A DNA stretch of 64,000 bases from Balanoglossus misakiensis (taxonomy: Eukaryota > Animalia > Hemichordata). Shown one piece after another: positions 1-24,836 of the stretch; within the stretch, counting starts at the first letter, position 1; each line of letters opens with the position of its first letter. The position numbers and the translations under genes were made by a program. The stretch spans positions 4,510,303-4,574,302 of the forward strand of contig CM082582.2 in the NCBI GenBank assembly GCA_040954595.2. The letters run 5' to 3'. The notes under the pieces were generated by a model that ran no database searches, had not been told where the DNA came from, and was given only the letters and a program-made list of their open reading frames with translations.

Positions 1-369
1 AAGGCCTGTAAAGAAGACACAGTATCCTTCTCTCTGAAATCACAAATGATTTCCATGTCTAGTGTAAGGCTGTCATTATTAACTGATGCACACTCTGAAA
101 ACAATTGATAAAGACTTGTCAAATCTAAATCCATGAAGGTATTTGGCTGCAGATACTCGAAATATGTAAACCGTCCAAATGTTGCTTTGATAATGATCAG
201 ACTATCACTACAAAATGCAGCAGTAAATTGTTCAACAGACAATCTCTCAGGCAACTGTGATAATATATCATCTGTGGCTTTCATACCACCGTCAGCAGAC
301 AACCTTTCAAATAACTCCACTAACTTTAAGTGGTCGTCTTCGGACAATAAACTGTTCCATTTGAGAATA

Positions 370-1068
370 TTCCCGTCGTTAAATCAGCTCGCAATATTGG
401 TGTAATATTAGACAATACGCACATGTATAAAGATCACATCAAGAAAACTTGCCAATCAATATATTACCACTTTCGCCGTGTCGGACAAATCAGGAAATTT
501 CTTAACAAAGCAACATGTCAAACAGTGATTCATGCTATTTTGGCAGCGAAACTCGACTATGGTAATGCGTTACTGTATGGTCTACCAGAAAGCAGTCTGA
601 ACCTTCTACAACGCACACAAAATACAGCTGCAAGAATCATAACTCGGTCCAGGAAGTCTGCCCATATAACGCCAGTTCTTCAACTTCTTCATTGGTTACC
701 AGTTCGCCACAGGATAGAGTATAAAATTAATCTGCTCACATACAAAGCCTTAAATAATCTCGCTCCGAACTATATCCGCGATCTCATTCGGACATATTCT
801 CCTGGTCGCAGGCTTCGTTCAGCAAATAAGAGCCTTTTATGCACTACAATGTACAAACGTTCTTCATACGGTGGCCGAGCATTCTCACATGCTGCACCGA
901 AACTGTGGAACTCTCTGCCACAAGACATTCGTCAAGCTCCAAGTTTGAGTATCTTTAAGAAAAGACTGAAGACGCATTATTTCGCAAGAGCATATGGTGT
1001 GGGCCAATGAGCACAAGCGCCTTTGAGTATGACACTTGTTATAGATACTGGCGCTATACAAATTTCTC

Positions 1069-1100
<32 letters not shown>
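370..1100 (+). mobile_element. 5'-truncated CR1/L2-group LINE (RT C-terminus, 3' UTR and (GATT)n tail)
   Basis: ORF 423-1010 has LDYGNALLYGLP, LQRTQNTAARII, HITPVLQLLHWLPV and RAFSHAAPKLWNSLP, typical of the CR1/L2 ORF2 end. (GATT)n tail at ~1069-1100. AATA target-site duplication at 366-369 and 1101-1104. Confidence 0.9.
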
Positions 1101-2577
1101 AATACTCTCCCAGTCAATGTGAATAAATGAAGAAGATGGAAACTGGTTGACATCCATCGATACGGTTTCTCCTATCACAGACATTACAGAAAACAACATT
1201 TTTTCCAAGTTCAAATCATCACTCTTGCTTCCAATGTCTTGAAAATTCATGATCAATCTCAACAGTGAAAGCAATTGATCCACATCACGGGTTAGCATAT
1301 TTATATCTATGATGGGATTTGTTTTACATATGGTTGTAAACTGTCTACTAGTAAATAGTTCTTTGGCAAACGATTCCAGACCATCACCACAAAATGTAGC
1401 CTCAACTGATCCAAGAGACTTACTCTGACATAACTGTGAGTGAACAGCTTCCATGAATTCCATACTATCTATAGGTAATCGCTCCAAGACAAGCTTTTTG
1501 GCCTTAATTTGAACCAACTTTTACACTTTACCAATAACACAAGGCTGAACAGTCACAAAGTCTGCATTTGTTGTATGTCCAGAGAAACGTAATGTTACTT
1601 TATCAACATCCGTAATCTTAGTTAGTAGAGCCTGTATGTTAGCTGATTCTGCATTCATTTCTTGAAAATTATAGGTGATATCAATATTCAGGTTAACTTT
1701 CTCCCCCGAAGCCAGCTCTGAGAGCAAACAATGGTGTCTCAGGAAATCAAAATTAAAATCAATCATGGGATAGAGGACTGAAATGTGTCTCCGTTCTGCG
1801 GCGATTATCAATTTATCACTTTTCCCTGATGTTAGACCATCCTCATAAAGTTCAATATTCAGTGACTGTAATGACTTACTGTTTACAAGGTGACTACGTA
1901 CAGCTGTAACAAAGTCTAAGTTGTCACGAAAAGGTGTTAAAATGGTAAGATATTCAGCAAAATTTTTTGACAAACTTTCCATGATTTGGCCAATCCGATG
2001 ACAAACATTCTCTAAGTGAAAGACATCATGACCAGAGATAAATTTTACCCTAACATAGTCAAAGTGTACATCTCTCACAAGTACAGCCTGAACTTTGGAC
2101 TCAACATTATTGTCTCCCAAATCACATGTGATAATGGCCTCTAATTTTAGTGTTTCATTATTCTCTGATGCATATTTTGAAAGAAACTGATAAAAACTTA
2201 AAAATTCAAAATCCAAGTTAGCTGTAGTCAACTGGATTTCAGTCTTTCCCAGGGTTACCAATATCTGTTGCTTGCATTCGCCAAATGTGCACTTGGCAAA
2301 ATACAGTTTAGCTTTTTTGACGGGTTCATTTACACTGAGTGTTCTGCACACAACTTTTAAAACTTTAGTGTCAATAGGTAATCCTGTATGAATTTCAAGC
2401 TTATCAGCAGTAATTTCTGATAGGCCCTGGGTTGCATGTTTAATATCAAGTCTATGAAGCTTGGGTACCCTCAAGACAGCCTTGCGAATCCGTACTGATT
2501 GGAACCATGAAAGAGACTCAACACTGTCAGTAGTGACATCATACAGGACTTTTTTCTTCTTGTTAATTTTCAATACA

Positions 2578-3438
2578 ACGGTGAACTTGTTCTTCTTCTT
2601 TTCTGTTTTGCACCACTTGCAAAACATCGCACCATTGGTATACTCTAACCAGGGAAATATTGACAGCCACTGGGGAAGAAAGTTCTCGTGGCGATTAACT
2701 TTCTTAGCTGCAGGCTTAGCTGGTGTTGTACTATCAGGCTCAACAGACGAAAACGCTCTTTTACCACTCTTACCGACTGGCGTGGAAGTCCGAGGCATAG
2801 ACGTTGCCTCGTCAGTAGACTTCGCACGGGGAGCCACAGTCAGGAATCGATGCATAGCTGTATCGGTGTCAGAGTGTTCTGATCGTTGACGAGTTTCGCC
2901 CCCATATTTATACCCAGTCCAGCTAGGAGTCGGATAAATCAAAGATTTTCAAGCGAAAACGGGTAAAAGGATTACACCAATGAAGATAGACAAGCTGTAA
3001 AAGCATAATCAAAAGCGATAACGCGGTCACGTCGTTTCTGTGCACGGCCGCCATCTTTAGTCAAGCTGCCGACCGTGTAACTGCATATCATTATAATCTA
3101 ATTAATGATACATCGTTCACAAGTAACTTGTTGACAAGGCTATTGGCGGACCTGCCAAAGAAAAACGAAGCCATTTTTTTCTTTTTTGTCGGGAAAACTC
3201 TAACAAGCTTTAGTCAAATGATATTTCACACCTTGTTTTTGTTTACAAGTGTCAATCTTCTGGATTAGCCAGCCGTACAAGCGTTTTTGAATAAACAAAT
3301 TAAAATTACAAGACGATCATCAATTACTGCAGTGTGCGCTCAGCTGGGGTTCCCCGGACGCGGACATCAAAGTGAACCCGCGTCCCAGCAAAAAAGCTTG
3401 CGTCCCGGACGCGGAATTCCGCGTTAACGCGACCCCTA
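2578..3438 (-). mobile_element. 5' fragment of a hAT-like (ZNF862/TTF zinc finger) DNA transposon
   Basis: Begins TAGGGGTC, a hAT-type terminus, with repeated CCCGGACGCGG subterminal motifs. Encodes FLPQWLSIFPWLEY..MFCKWCK, the start of a TTF-type zinc finger. Other end missing; left boundary approximate. Confidence 0.65.
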
Positions 3439-5107
3439 AACATTTTCTGCACATTTCTTGTGTTGCCAGATTCGCTGCAGATATCTTGAATTGGACTGAT
3501 TTATAAGTGATATTCGAACATTTCAGCAGTGATACATTTATGTCAAGTATATTATTATTGGCCATTTTATCAAAGTCTACTGTGAGACTATCAGGTAAGA
3601 AACTAGCATGGAGGTCAGTGATTTGTTGTGGGTCAATACAACTTTCATACAATATTTCTCTAACATCAGTACATGCTTCGTGATGAAAGCCTTTTCCCCT
3701 CCAATTTTCAAAGATTTTACTGACATTATCTTTTAGCTGACCTCCAAGGAAGGCCAAACAAACTGAGTAGTTGGGATTACTAGGGTTGAAAACATTGATA
3801 GTGTCTGCAAATTTTGGCGGATCTGTCAATCGAATATCAGCTATGTACAATGAAGCAAAATACTCTTGAAAGGTTAAATGATAGAATGAATAGGTAGGTG
3901 GAAGTGAAGATGTTTTAGTCAGGAAACCCAATTTTAATATGTGCCTTGGTTTTGAAATGTCTTCTTCACTGAAAACAAATCTATACTGACTATCCATTAA
4001 TGCCTCACATGACACTTTGCCTAACATGAGCAATGCTTGCTTGATTTCAGAGCTGTCTGGCCTGATATCACTATCTTGCTTGTCAGTACAGTACCTTTGA
4101 ATGATGTAATCAACAATTGCTTTATAAAGTTGAGTAATTGTGTGTGGAAGTTGCTTTGTATGTAGCCAAATATGAAATAACATTAAGGTATTCAAGGGAC
4201 TCTGCATAAAATGCAACAATGTCCTGCGGTGGGACGATTTTTCCAGTTCTTGCATAAAATGTGCAGGTGTTGATGATGTCAAATATTCACCCTGTGAAGC
4301 TGTTGCTTTGACATATTTCTTAATAAAAGCTATTGCTTTCTCTTTGTCATCAAATCCCTTTACTAATAGCTGTAAGTCATACATTTGCTTACGGTTCTCG
4401 TCCCTAATTTTCCGAGATGTTACTGTAACTTGACAATCAGGCAGAAATGGTAGATTCCATTTTCTTGACTTGAAATATCCTGGAAATTCTTTAGCTGGGA
4501 CTTCATCAAGCCCATCAAAGACAAAACAGACTTGTGACTGATTGCTTTCAATAAAATTCCATATCTCATCTTTTTCTTTGACACCTTGTAACACTGATGA
4601 AAAAAATGACATCTTTGAGACTTTGTTGACATTCATTTTCTTTGTTCATTTCATACAGATCTTTCAATTCAAATAGAAACAATAGTTTGAAATGTTTTAA
4701 CCCCTCTGTATTTGACTTTGCCCAATCAGACGCTAACTTTTTACAAAAAGTTGATTTACCATACCCTGGATCACCTTCTATTAATATTCGTCTGTCATAA
4801 TTAGAGTCTAGAGAAGATGAAAAGATTTCTTCTCTTGAAAAGTTCGGCGTTGTTCCGTGTTTGGTTTGTAGCTCCAGTTCAATGTAGATCTCATCAAGTT
4901 CAAGTCTGCTGTCAGCTCCATCCAATCCTTGAAATGCCGGAATATGAGATAACCTTTTGTAGTAGGCTTTCAGTTTTTCCTGAGATTTTGCAACAATATC
5001 TACAATATTTCTTCTCATTTGTTTGTTCACGCTAACTGTCCAGGAACATCATCTCAAAAAGTGTAACACTGGAAAACTCGTTTGCATTATTTCGCTCCAA
5101 TGTTGCC

Positions 5108-7076
5108 TTGGATTTAGTTCTGAACAAAGGATTCCCCCAGGATGCCACAGAACCGGATGCCCCTCTTTCTAGTAGCGCCCGGATACTCTATGATATCCTA
5201 TTCTCCTCCATGAAAGAGCAGAAGTCATGTGCATTGGTGGGAAATGGTGGCATTCTCAACAACAGTGATTGTGGGCGTGAGATAGACAGTCATGATTTTG
5301 TGATGAGAGTAAATTTACCTAAATTAATTGGATTTGAAAAGGATGTTGGAAGGAAAACTGACTTAACAGCAATTAACAAACGTGTGAGTTTCGATTTATA
5401 TAACGCCGTCGAACTTGAGACTGGGTCAAGAAAGAAGAAAGGAAACGAAAGGTGGCTAGACTTCTTGGAAAGGCTTGTCAACTTGCACAACTCAACTATT
5501 TGGTTTCCCTATAGTATGGATCCAAATTTGGCCAGGAGTAACGGTGCTGACGCATACGAAGTTGGGGATGAAACCCATGGATTTCAGAGTTGCATACTCT
5601 CCGGTACCTATGTGGCCAGATTCGATGTACTGGTGCGTGCTTTCTTTTTCAGTAGTTTCAATGACAAACGATCTGACAAAGAATCAAAGAAACAAGCAAA
5701 CAAACAAACACAGACAGGCAGACAGACACACAGACACACACACCGACAACCACATGTCGAATTGTAGTTCATGGGATCTGCAAATGACGTAAAAAGACAG
5801 AATTTTGACTCCTAAACGGGAAGTTTAAATTTAATAACTTATGGTGGCAAATTAACGGGAATGGTCGAATCCTTAGTTAACAACGTAAAGTTACACTTTT
5901 TCTTTTTCAGGATATGGAACAAAGCTGGCAGCAGCGAGGGTTTTACACTGTTTACCATTTCAACTCTTGTCTGTTTTGGCCCTTCTCTGAGGACTCAAGA
6001 GGGCGCAAGTTGAGTCACCATTACTACGTGAGCAATACTATGCCTCCTGAATTTGAAATATTTCAAGACTTTAATCGCTCAGACGTCATAAGGGACCGTT
6101 CAGTTTTTACGGCCGGGGGGGGGGGGCGGCAAAATCCAGGGGGGGGGGTCACTTAAATTTTGAAGTCCACAAGGGGGGGGGGGGGTCATCTGGTTTTTTT
6201 AAACATTTAGGGGGGGGTCACATACTTTTGCTTTTGAGTCTACAAAATTGCAGTTTCGCACCCTTTATTTTACAAAATTTTCTAATGTGGGAGGGGGTGA
6301 CCCCCTCCCACGCCCACCCCTTACATTCTCCGCCACATTGCATTTTTTGCTGGTTTGTCTAGTGTACCAGCGCAGAGTGCTTGCCACCCCAACCCCACCG
6401 ATGATAATATTTAACAAAGTGAATACATAAAGGAGAATAATTGTTTAAACCATTTTGCATAACTGATAGTTTCGCGCTGCATCTTCTATATACTAGAAGT
6501 TTTATAAATAATGTCATGACGAAGATGACGCCAAATCTTCTAACTTTGAGTGGAGTGGCAAAAAGTAAAATTGGTCCTCCCAAACATTGAGATAATTTGC
6601 TTTTGAGTTCATTAAAATGCAACTTTGCGCTACATATTTTACAAAATTTTCTTATGGGTGTGGGAGGGGGACACCCCCTCCCACACCCACCCCCACCCCT
6701 TTTCTTGTTTTACCAATTCTAGCAACTATTGTATTGACTTGTCATTTTAATTTGTTCATAGATTTCTTTATTGCAACGATATACTATTATATACTTCAAT
6801 AATACTTTAAGAAATTTATAATTGAGGTGTGAGGAGCCTCATTCCCTTTATTGCATACAGTGTACATAGGATCAGGACGGCGAATGTTTTCGGCGTGGGG
6901 GGGGGTCATCATATTTTTGGGTCTGTCAAAAGGGGGGGTCATCATTTTTTGGTCCTGGGTGAAGGGGGGTCGGCCTGATTTTGAGAACCAATGACACAAA
7001 CTTGCCGCCCCCCCCCCCCTGCCGTAAAAACTGAACGGTCCCTAAGGCTCGTCACGGAGAAATGTTCTAAGCACTA
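5108..7076 (+). pseudogene. alpha-2,8-sialyltransferase-like (GT29) pseudogene
   Basis: Sialylmotif L SCALVGNGGILNNSDCGREIDSHDFVMRVN. Frameshift at ~5530. Second exon from 5911 has a partly deleted motif S, FWPF, motif III HHYY and a degenerate VS motif (NTMPPEF). C-terminus interrupted by a MITE. Confidence 0.8.
6092..7042. mobile_element. PIF/Harbinger-type MITE
   Basis: TIRs GGGACCGTTCAGTTTTTACGGC / GCCGTAAAAACTGAACGGTCCC. TAA duplication at 6089-6091 and 7043-7045. Empty site visible in the adjacent duplicate at ~7150-7170. Confidence 0.9.
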
Positions 7077-7532
7077 AATGATACGAACTATGTCACGGCA
7101 AGCAATACTATGCCTCCTGAATTTGAAATTTTTCAAGACTTTAATCGCTCAGACGTCATAAGGCTCGTCACGGAGAAATGTTCTATGCACTAAATGATAC
7201 GTCACGAACTGTAGCTCTCATTTCGAAGTTCTTCCATCTTTGTGTAGTGGGAATCAATCTTTGCCTTGATAAGGGAAGTATGTGACACAGGATGTTGACT
7301 GTATAGATCGGAAACTTCGCGACATATGTTCACTTTAAATGCAGTTTTGTATTTTCCTGAAACATTTGTCCAAAATTCTAGACTAAATTTCAAGGTCATT
7401 GTCCTCTGTTGACCTTTCAAGATATAGAAATTAGAAAAAAATGTGGCTTCCAGTGTGTGAAAATTTACTTTTTGTTATTTTTGTATTAGCATAAAAGCTC
7501 TGTGTAGGTGTACGCTGATTTTAATACAATGG

Positions 7533-8051
7533 TATTTTGATTCTTATTCAAGAGTTTGTATTCATATTTCAGCACTGAGTGATGAATATCAGCACACCCT
7601 GTATATTATTTTGATTCTTATTCAAGAGTTTGTATTCATATTTCAGCACTGAGTGATGAATATCAGCACACCCTGTACATTATTTTGATTCTTATTCAAG
7701 AGTTTGTATTCATATTTCAGCACTGAGTGATGAATATCAGCACACCCTGTACATTATTTTGATTCTTATTCAAGAGTTTGTATTCATATTTCAGCACTGA
7801 GTGATGAATATCAGCACACCCTGTATATTATTTTGATTCTTATTCAAGAGTTTGTATTCATATTTCAGCACTGAGTGATGAATATCAGCACACCCTGTAC
7901 ATTATTTTGATTCTTATTCAAGAGTTTGTATTCATATTTCAGCACTGAGTGATGAATATCAGCACACCCTGTACATTATTTTGATTCTTATTCAAGAGTT
8001 TGTATTCATATTTCAGCACTGAGTGATGAATATCAGCACACCCTGTACATT
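7533..8051. repeat. 74-bp tandem minisatellite, 7 copies
   Basis: Unit TATTTTGATTCTTATTCAAGAG...CACACCCTGTAYAT starts at 7533, 7607, 7681 and so on up to 7977. Confidence 0.95.
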
Positions 8052-8421
8052 AAAAAAATCTATATCCTAGATGTGGGCAATAAACTTGATTCAAAATGAA
8101 GTTTGTGGAAATTGTCTGTACGTGCAGAACGCAAACTTGTAAACTGTGCAAATGTGTGTGCATTCGTCTTTTTCCATAGTATTAGATTGAGAAAAGCTAG
8201 AAAACTCACCTCTACTATGGTCATTCTATGACATTTTACACAAATCTCAGTCAAATTTAACACATAGCTTTAGTAAAAAACAAGAGATTCATCGATCAAA
8301 TAAAATTATCAACACGCCCTATGATGTATGTCAATTGTGCAGACGCCGCCAGCGACTAAAGTGAGAAGATTTCGACCTGTGCTCGGTTAGGTCAAAGGTC
8401 ATGGGTACACATGGATAAAAA

Positions 8422-10095
8422 ATGGCGGCGTTGGCGAACAGAGGACTTGTTAAACTGAGATGTGGCATTCGTTGCTTCGCGTTAACCGTACCCAGAAGTC
8501 TATACGCTAGTACAACAGTAGCGACTGACACAGATAAAGAGGGCAATGACGGTGCAGCCACATGGGCCGAACGTTTGCAGGAAACGGAAGATCTGCCGAA
8601 ATGGATGACAACGAAAAAACAAATGCGAAAACTGTATGCACGATATGGTAGATCGTCAGGATTTGAACCGGGTATAATTTGGCCAACGAAAGCAGAACTC
8701 GAAGAAATTATTGAAGAAGAAACAGAATACTACCCGACCTTACTACAGATGCAAGATAAAATCGAATCGAAAAGACAGAGGGAGGAAAAAGAACGAATTA
8801 AGAGGTATTAATTAATAAGACATTCATTCATTTATTGGATGCGATATCCGATGAATCATGGAGGTACTAGATACCTCCATGGATGAATGAAGTCCACTAT
8901 GTCGTTTGTACTACCACTCGACTGCAACTTGGACTGTACCATTCTCTGCAGGGGAGGGGAGGGTTGGGTTATTTAAAGTGAAGATTCGGTTTTTAAATAA
9001 GTCATACCCCTGACCCTCCCCACTAGAGAATGGTACAGCCCAAGTCCTGGTCAAGTGGCAGTACAGTTGACCATGGAGGTACTAGAGAGAGTTGACATAG
9101 TCAGTTTTAGATTTTGGTTTCAGTCCCGCCTCCACTCCACCCAGGATGGCATCAAATCAACATAGGGGATATGTCCCCTTTTGTCAATTTTTTTTTTTTT
9201 TTTTGGGGGGGGGGGGGGCGAGGGTGAATGTAAAATCTGACAAGGGGGAATTTAATTAATATCTCCAACATGTCAGTGACATAATTTTAAGGTGCATTGT
9301 TCCCCCTTGACGAATTGCTAGAGGGTGCCAACAATTGAACTTAGAATGAGATGGAATCACACAGAAAGAGGGTATTTGTCCAACAGTAAACTACACATAG
9401 AAGATTACATGTTTTGACAATTACTGGTACGATCCATCATGTTACAGTGTTGGTGTTGTGAATTTTTTTCTGGCATTATCTTACTTTCCAGGAGTTTGAT
9501 TCACTGCAAAAATATAAAAGTGGCAGATATCATTAGATGAGAAAATAGCCAAAGTAATGCCACTACACGTATTTCCAGAGTCATTTAATGATACAGGGAA
9601 AGTGTTTTGTGTGATAACCTCACTGGAGAAATTTCTACATTCTTAAATTTTTCAAATATCAATGTCAAACATCCAATAATTAAGTTTCATGGGGGGGGGG
9701 GGGGGGGTTGTTGCAAAGCGATTAAGCTACCAGTGATTTTTTTTGCTTTTCGAATTAAATGGGTGTAATTTTATAGTCCTTACAGTACATGGTGACTTGA
9801 GCAGACTCCTTACGTTAAGACTTTCTTACTTTGCAGGGAGAAGCACATCGCAGCATGTATGGCCAGGATGCCCAAATTGATAAAACAATTCTATGACGAA
9901 AAGGGGAAGAAAAAAGAACAACAGAGACTTCAAAAACTGAAGCGTGACAACTTACTTCTCGAGGCGAAAGAAAAGTTTGGTTACGCGATCGATCCACGGC
10001 ATCCGAAATTTCAGAAGTACATTGAAGAAGTTGAGAAACAGGAACGGAAACGGCGCAAAGAGCTGAAGAGAAAGGGAATAGTTCTAAAGTCTTGA
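8422..10095 (+). CDS. GADD45GIP1: CR6-interacting factor 1 / mitoribosomal protein mL64; exons 8422-8804 and 9837-10095
   Basis: Mitochondrial presequence-like N-terminus. YARYGRSSGFEPGIIWPT, spliced KR/EKHIAACMARMPK and FGYAIDPRHPKF match the CRIF1 family. Phase-compatible GT-AG intron. Confidence 0.9.
8858..9088. mobile_element. small inverted-repeat (MITE-like) element in intron
   Basis: CATGGAGGTACTAGA at both ends. Internal arms CTTGGACTGTACCATTCTCT / AGAGAATGGTACAGCCCAAG. Confidence 0.5.
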
Positions 10096-12535
10096 TTAAA
10101 AACTTGTTGACTAATAGTTTTGTTGAATTTTTGATTGTCAGACATTCACACAGACCACTGAAAATATCATTTTCAAACTTATCTGCCTCAACACTGAGCA
10201 GTTTGTATCTCAGGTCCTCCATAACTAGAGAGACGATTCAAGCAACATCCATGTCACAGCATTTGTGTGGACCAGCCAAATACCTAGGCTACAATCTATC
10301 AGTATGCTTCACTGAAATCACAGTGTTGTTTTTTTTTAACTACAGGAGCACAGCAGTGCTTTTACTAAAGTTGAGGATCATTAGTAAAGAATCTTTGTAA
10401 CCCTGGTAGTACATATACCATCTTTAACAAAACATCGACTACAGAATCTGTACAGAGGTATTTTTTATAAGAAACGATGCTAAAAGAACAAGTTTACTGT
10501 TTTACAAAAACCAAAGAAAAAGTTAATACACTGTAATCTTTATCATAAGTACGTGTATATGTAATTAATCTTTAAAAGATCAGGTGTAATTTCTCATCAG
10601 TGACAAGCATCAGCATGGCCCGAATGGATTTTGTTATAGCCTGTGGATTGTAATACTTCATTATGGTTTTGTATTGTTTGGAATAAAAATCATTTCAGCC
10701 CAAAATTCAAAGGTTTACATTGTTGCATACTCTTGGAAAAATCTTGAATGTGAAAGCAGTGGCGTTTCAAGCCTGACTAGCTCTAATTTGGGGGGATTTT
10801 TTAAATATTTTTCTCCCATGTATCATTGTCCTACTCTGGATAGCTTATGAAATTTATGATTTATGAAATCTTCAGTCTTTAGCTTCTCAATAAAGCTTGT
10901 TTATGAGTGAGCTATGGCCATTGCTGTTGTTCACAACTGAATTCAAAACCAGATTTGAATTGAATTTTCAACAGTAGTAATTTGATTGGTACTAAAGGGC
11001 TGTGGTGAAAAATCCTTTACGTTTATACAGAGTAGAACAAGAAATCACACTTGATATCCAAGACAAAAATACCGAGAAAATAGCCCAAAGTTGGAGTTAC
11101 TGGACCTTGAAAACCACTCCTGGAAGGTACTGAACAATTGAGTTGGCCTCTCACACTTGACTATGATAAAATGTTGATTGTGAAAATATTAGAACACGTG
11201 CTGCACAATCAGTTGTGAGAAATGCCATTTTAATCACAAAATTACAATGGTAGAAATTCTCCCGGAGAAATCCCGCCATGATGAACGACTTTTGAGCACA
11301 TCAACCCTGAATTGGAGAAGTTAGGGGCCTGGGAGAAACGTTTCTTACTGAGAGTGAAGCATGTAATTTGAGCCATTATGGGTCTATTGCTTGTTGACTG
11401 TATGACCTGTAGAGGGCAGTATAACCACGAGAAGCATTTGTTTGTATTATTAAGGAGGTCACAGGTGACATAGGTCAGGTTATTTACTTTTATGAAACCG
11501 TAACTAAAAGGGCCATCAATTTTTGTATGCATGCATGCATGCTTTGAGAATCGCTATTTGTGGTTGACATAACCTAACAAGATGGGAGATTTTATTTGAG
11601 AAGTTCGGTATCATTCAAGGTAGTTGTGTATTCAGTATGAAATCATTATCACATTATTCTCAGTTAACATATTCTCTATTCAAGACTTCAAAAATTTCAA
11701 ACAAGTCTATGTCAAGGTAGGAATGAAAAACTTATACAATGAAGTTGGTCGTAGAGGGCGCTGTTACCTAAAGTGGATGGTTGGCCCCAAATATTTTATG
11801 CCACTTTTCAAATAAAACCAGAAATTACATGAGCAATACATATGATGTTACCACCTCGCTATTCAGTATAGACGTATGAAAGTCACTATGACAGCCACAT
11901 TGCTGTAATATTCACTTTGACATGTTTTTTTGCAAGTCCACCCCCCCCCCCCCCAATCTCCCTTGTATTAGCTTGGAAAGTTTGATGACTTTAATGAACA
12001 AAGGTGCAGTATGTGTGTTATGACAGTTTTAATGCTTAAGAGTCTTTGCACTGAGTGTCCTGGGACCATGTAAAACAACTTGCAAAGAACACTGACTCAG
12101 ATTCTGAGTATTAGAATTTTTGACGAGAAGGGCAAAAAATTCCCCCAAAAGAAAGTATTTACATTTTTCACCATAATTTCGACGCAACATAATATTGCCA
12201 CCTACTACTGTATTCATCCCAGATAACCTATGATATTTTACTATGGACACAAACCCTAGCTGTAAAGGTTGGAAATGGTTGATTTCATAATATGAGGTAG
12301 GGTCAGGGAAACAGGTCATCCAGAAATGGATGCTAAAAATACCTGTTTCTTTTTGGTCATTTTCTTTACTCAGACCATAGTCCCATTGTGGAGGGACTGT
12401 GCGCAAACACTTCACACAGCATTATTTTTGCTGTGTTGCGGAAGAATTGCCACAGAACACAATGCAAACATTTGTACCAGGAAGATCATGCGCAGAGGCC
12501 ATGGAGTTATGTCATGTGATCTACATTATTATCCA

Positions 12536-24508
<11,973 letters not shown>

Positions 24509-24728
24509 TTTCTGCAAATACATAAAGACCCAACTTCAGGAAACCTACCACAGGTATCATTTTCAGATATAGAGTACGTTGGAAAAATTCGTACTTATTG
24601 ACCAATTAACTGCAAAGTTTCACATTATACATTTAGAGTTATCGTGTTGAATTCGTAAGATAAATTATTTTCACATGTATTATACTTTATTTAAATACTG
24701 CTGTTTCTAATCAAATTTCGGAAAGTAC

Positions 24729-24729
24729 A

Positions 24730-24792
<63 letters not shown>

Positions 24793-24797
24793 ATACA

Positions 24798-24836
<39 letters not shown>
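24729..24836. repeat. (AAAT)n microsatellite
   Basis: Seen directly. Confidence 0.95.

Larger units (their letters stand above)
1..5030 (-). pseudogene. NACHT/NLR-type NTPase pseudogene (large exon, runs off the left edge)
   Basis: Walker A ILIEGDPGYGKST, Walker B FVFDGLDE, VTVTSR and winged-helix SFYHLTFQEYFAS. Lesions: frameshift in a poly-A run at ~4599-4606, hAT fragment at ~2578-3438, in-frame TAA at 1521-1523 and a LINE at 370-1100. Removing the LINE rejoins DWESI-LKWNSLL, which is open to position 1. Confidence 0.85.

Noticed and set aside
133-405. 90-aa plus-strand ORF as part of the LINE
   Set aside because: The LINE starts at 370; positions 1-369 are NLR coding sequence on the minus strand.
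7533-8051. Possible CRISPR-like array
   Set aside because: Identical head-to-tail 74-bp units with no unique spacers and no cas genes, in eukaryotic DNA; it is a minisatellite.
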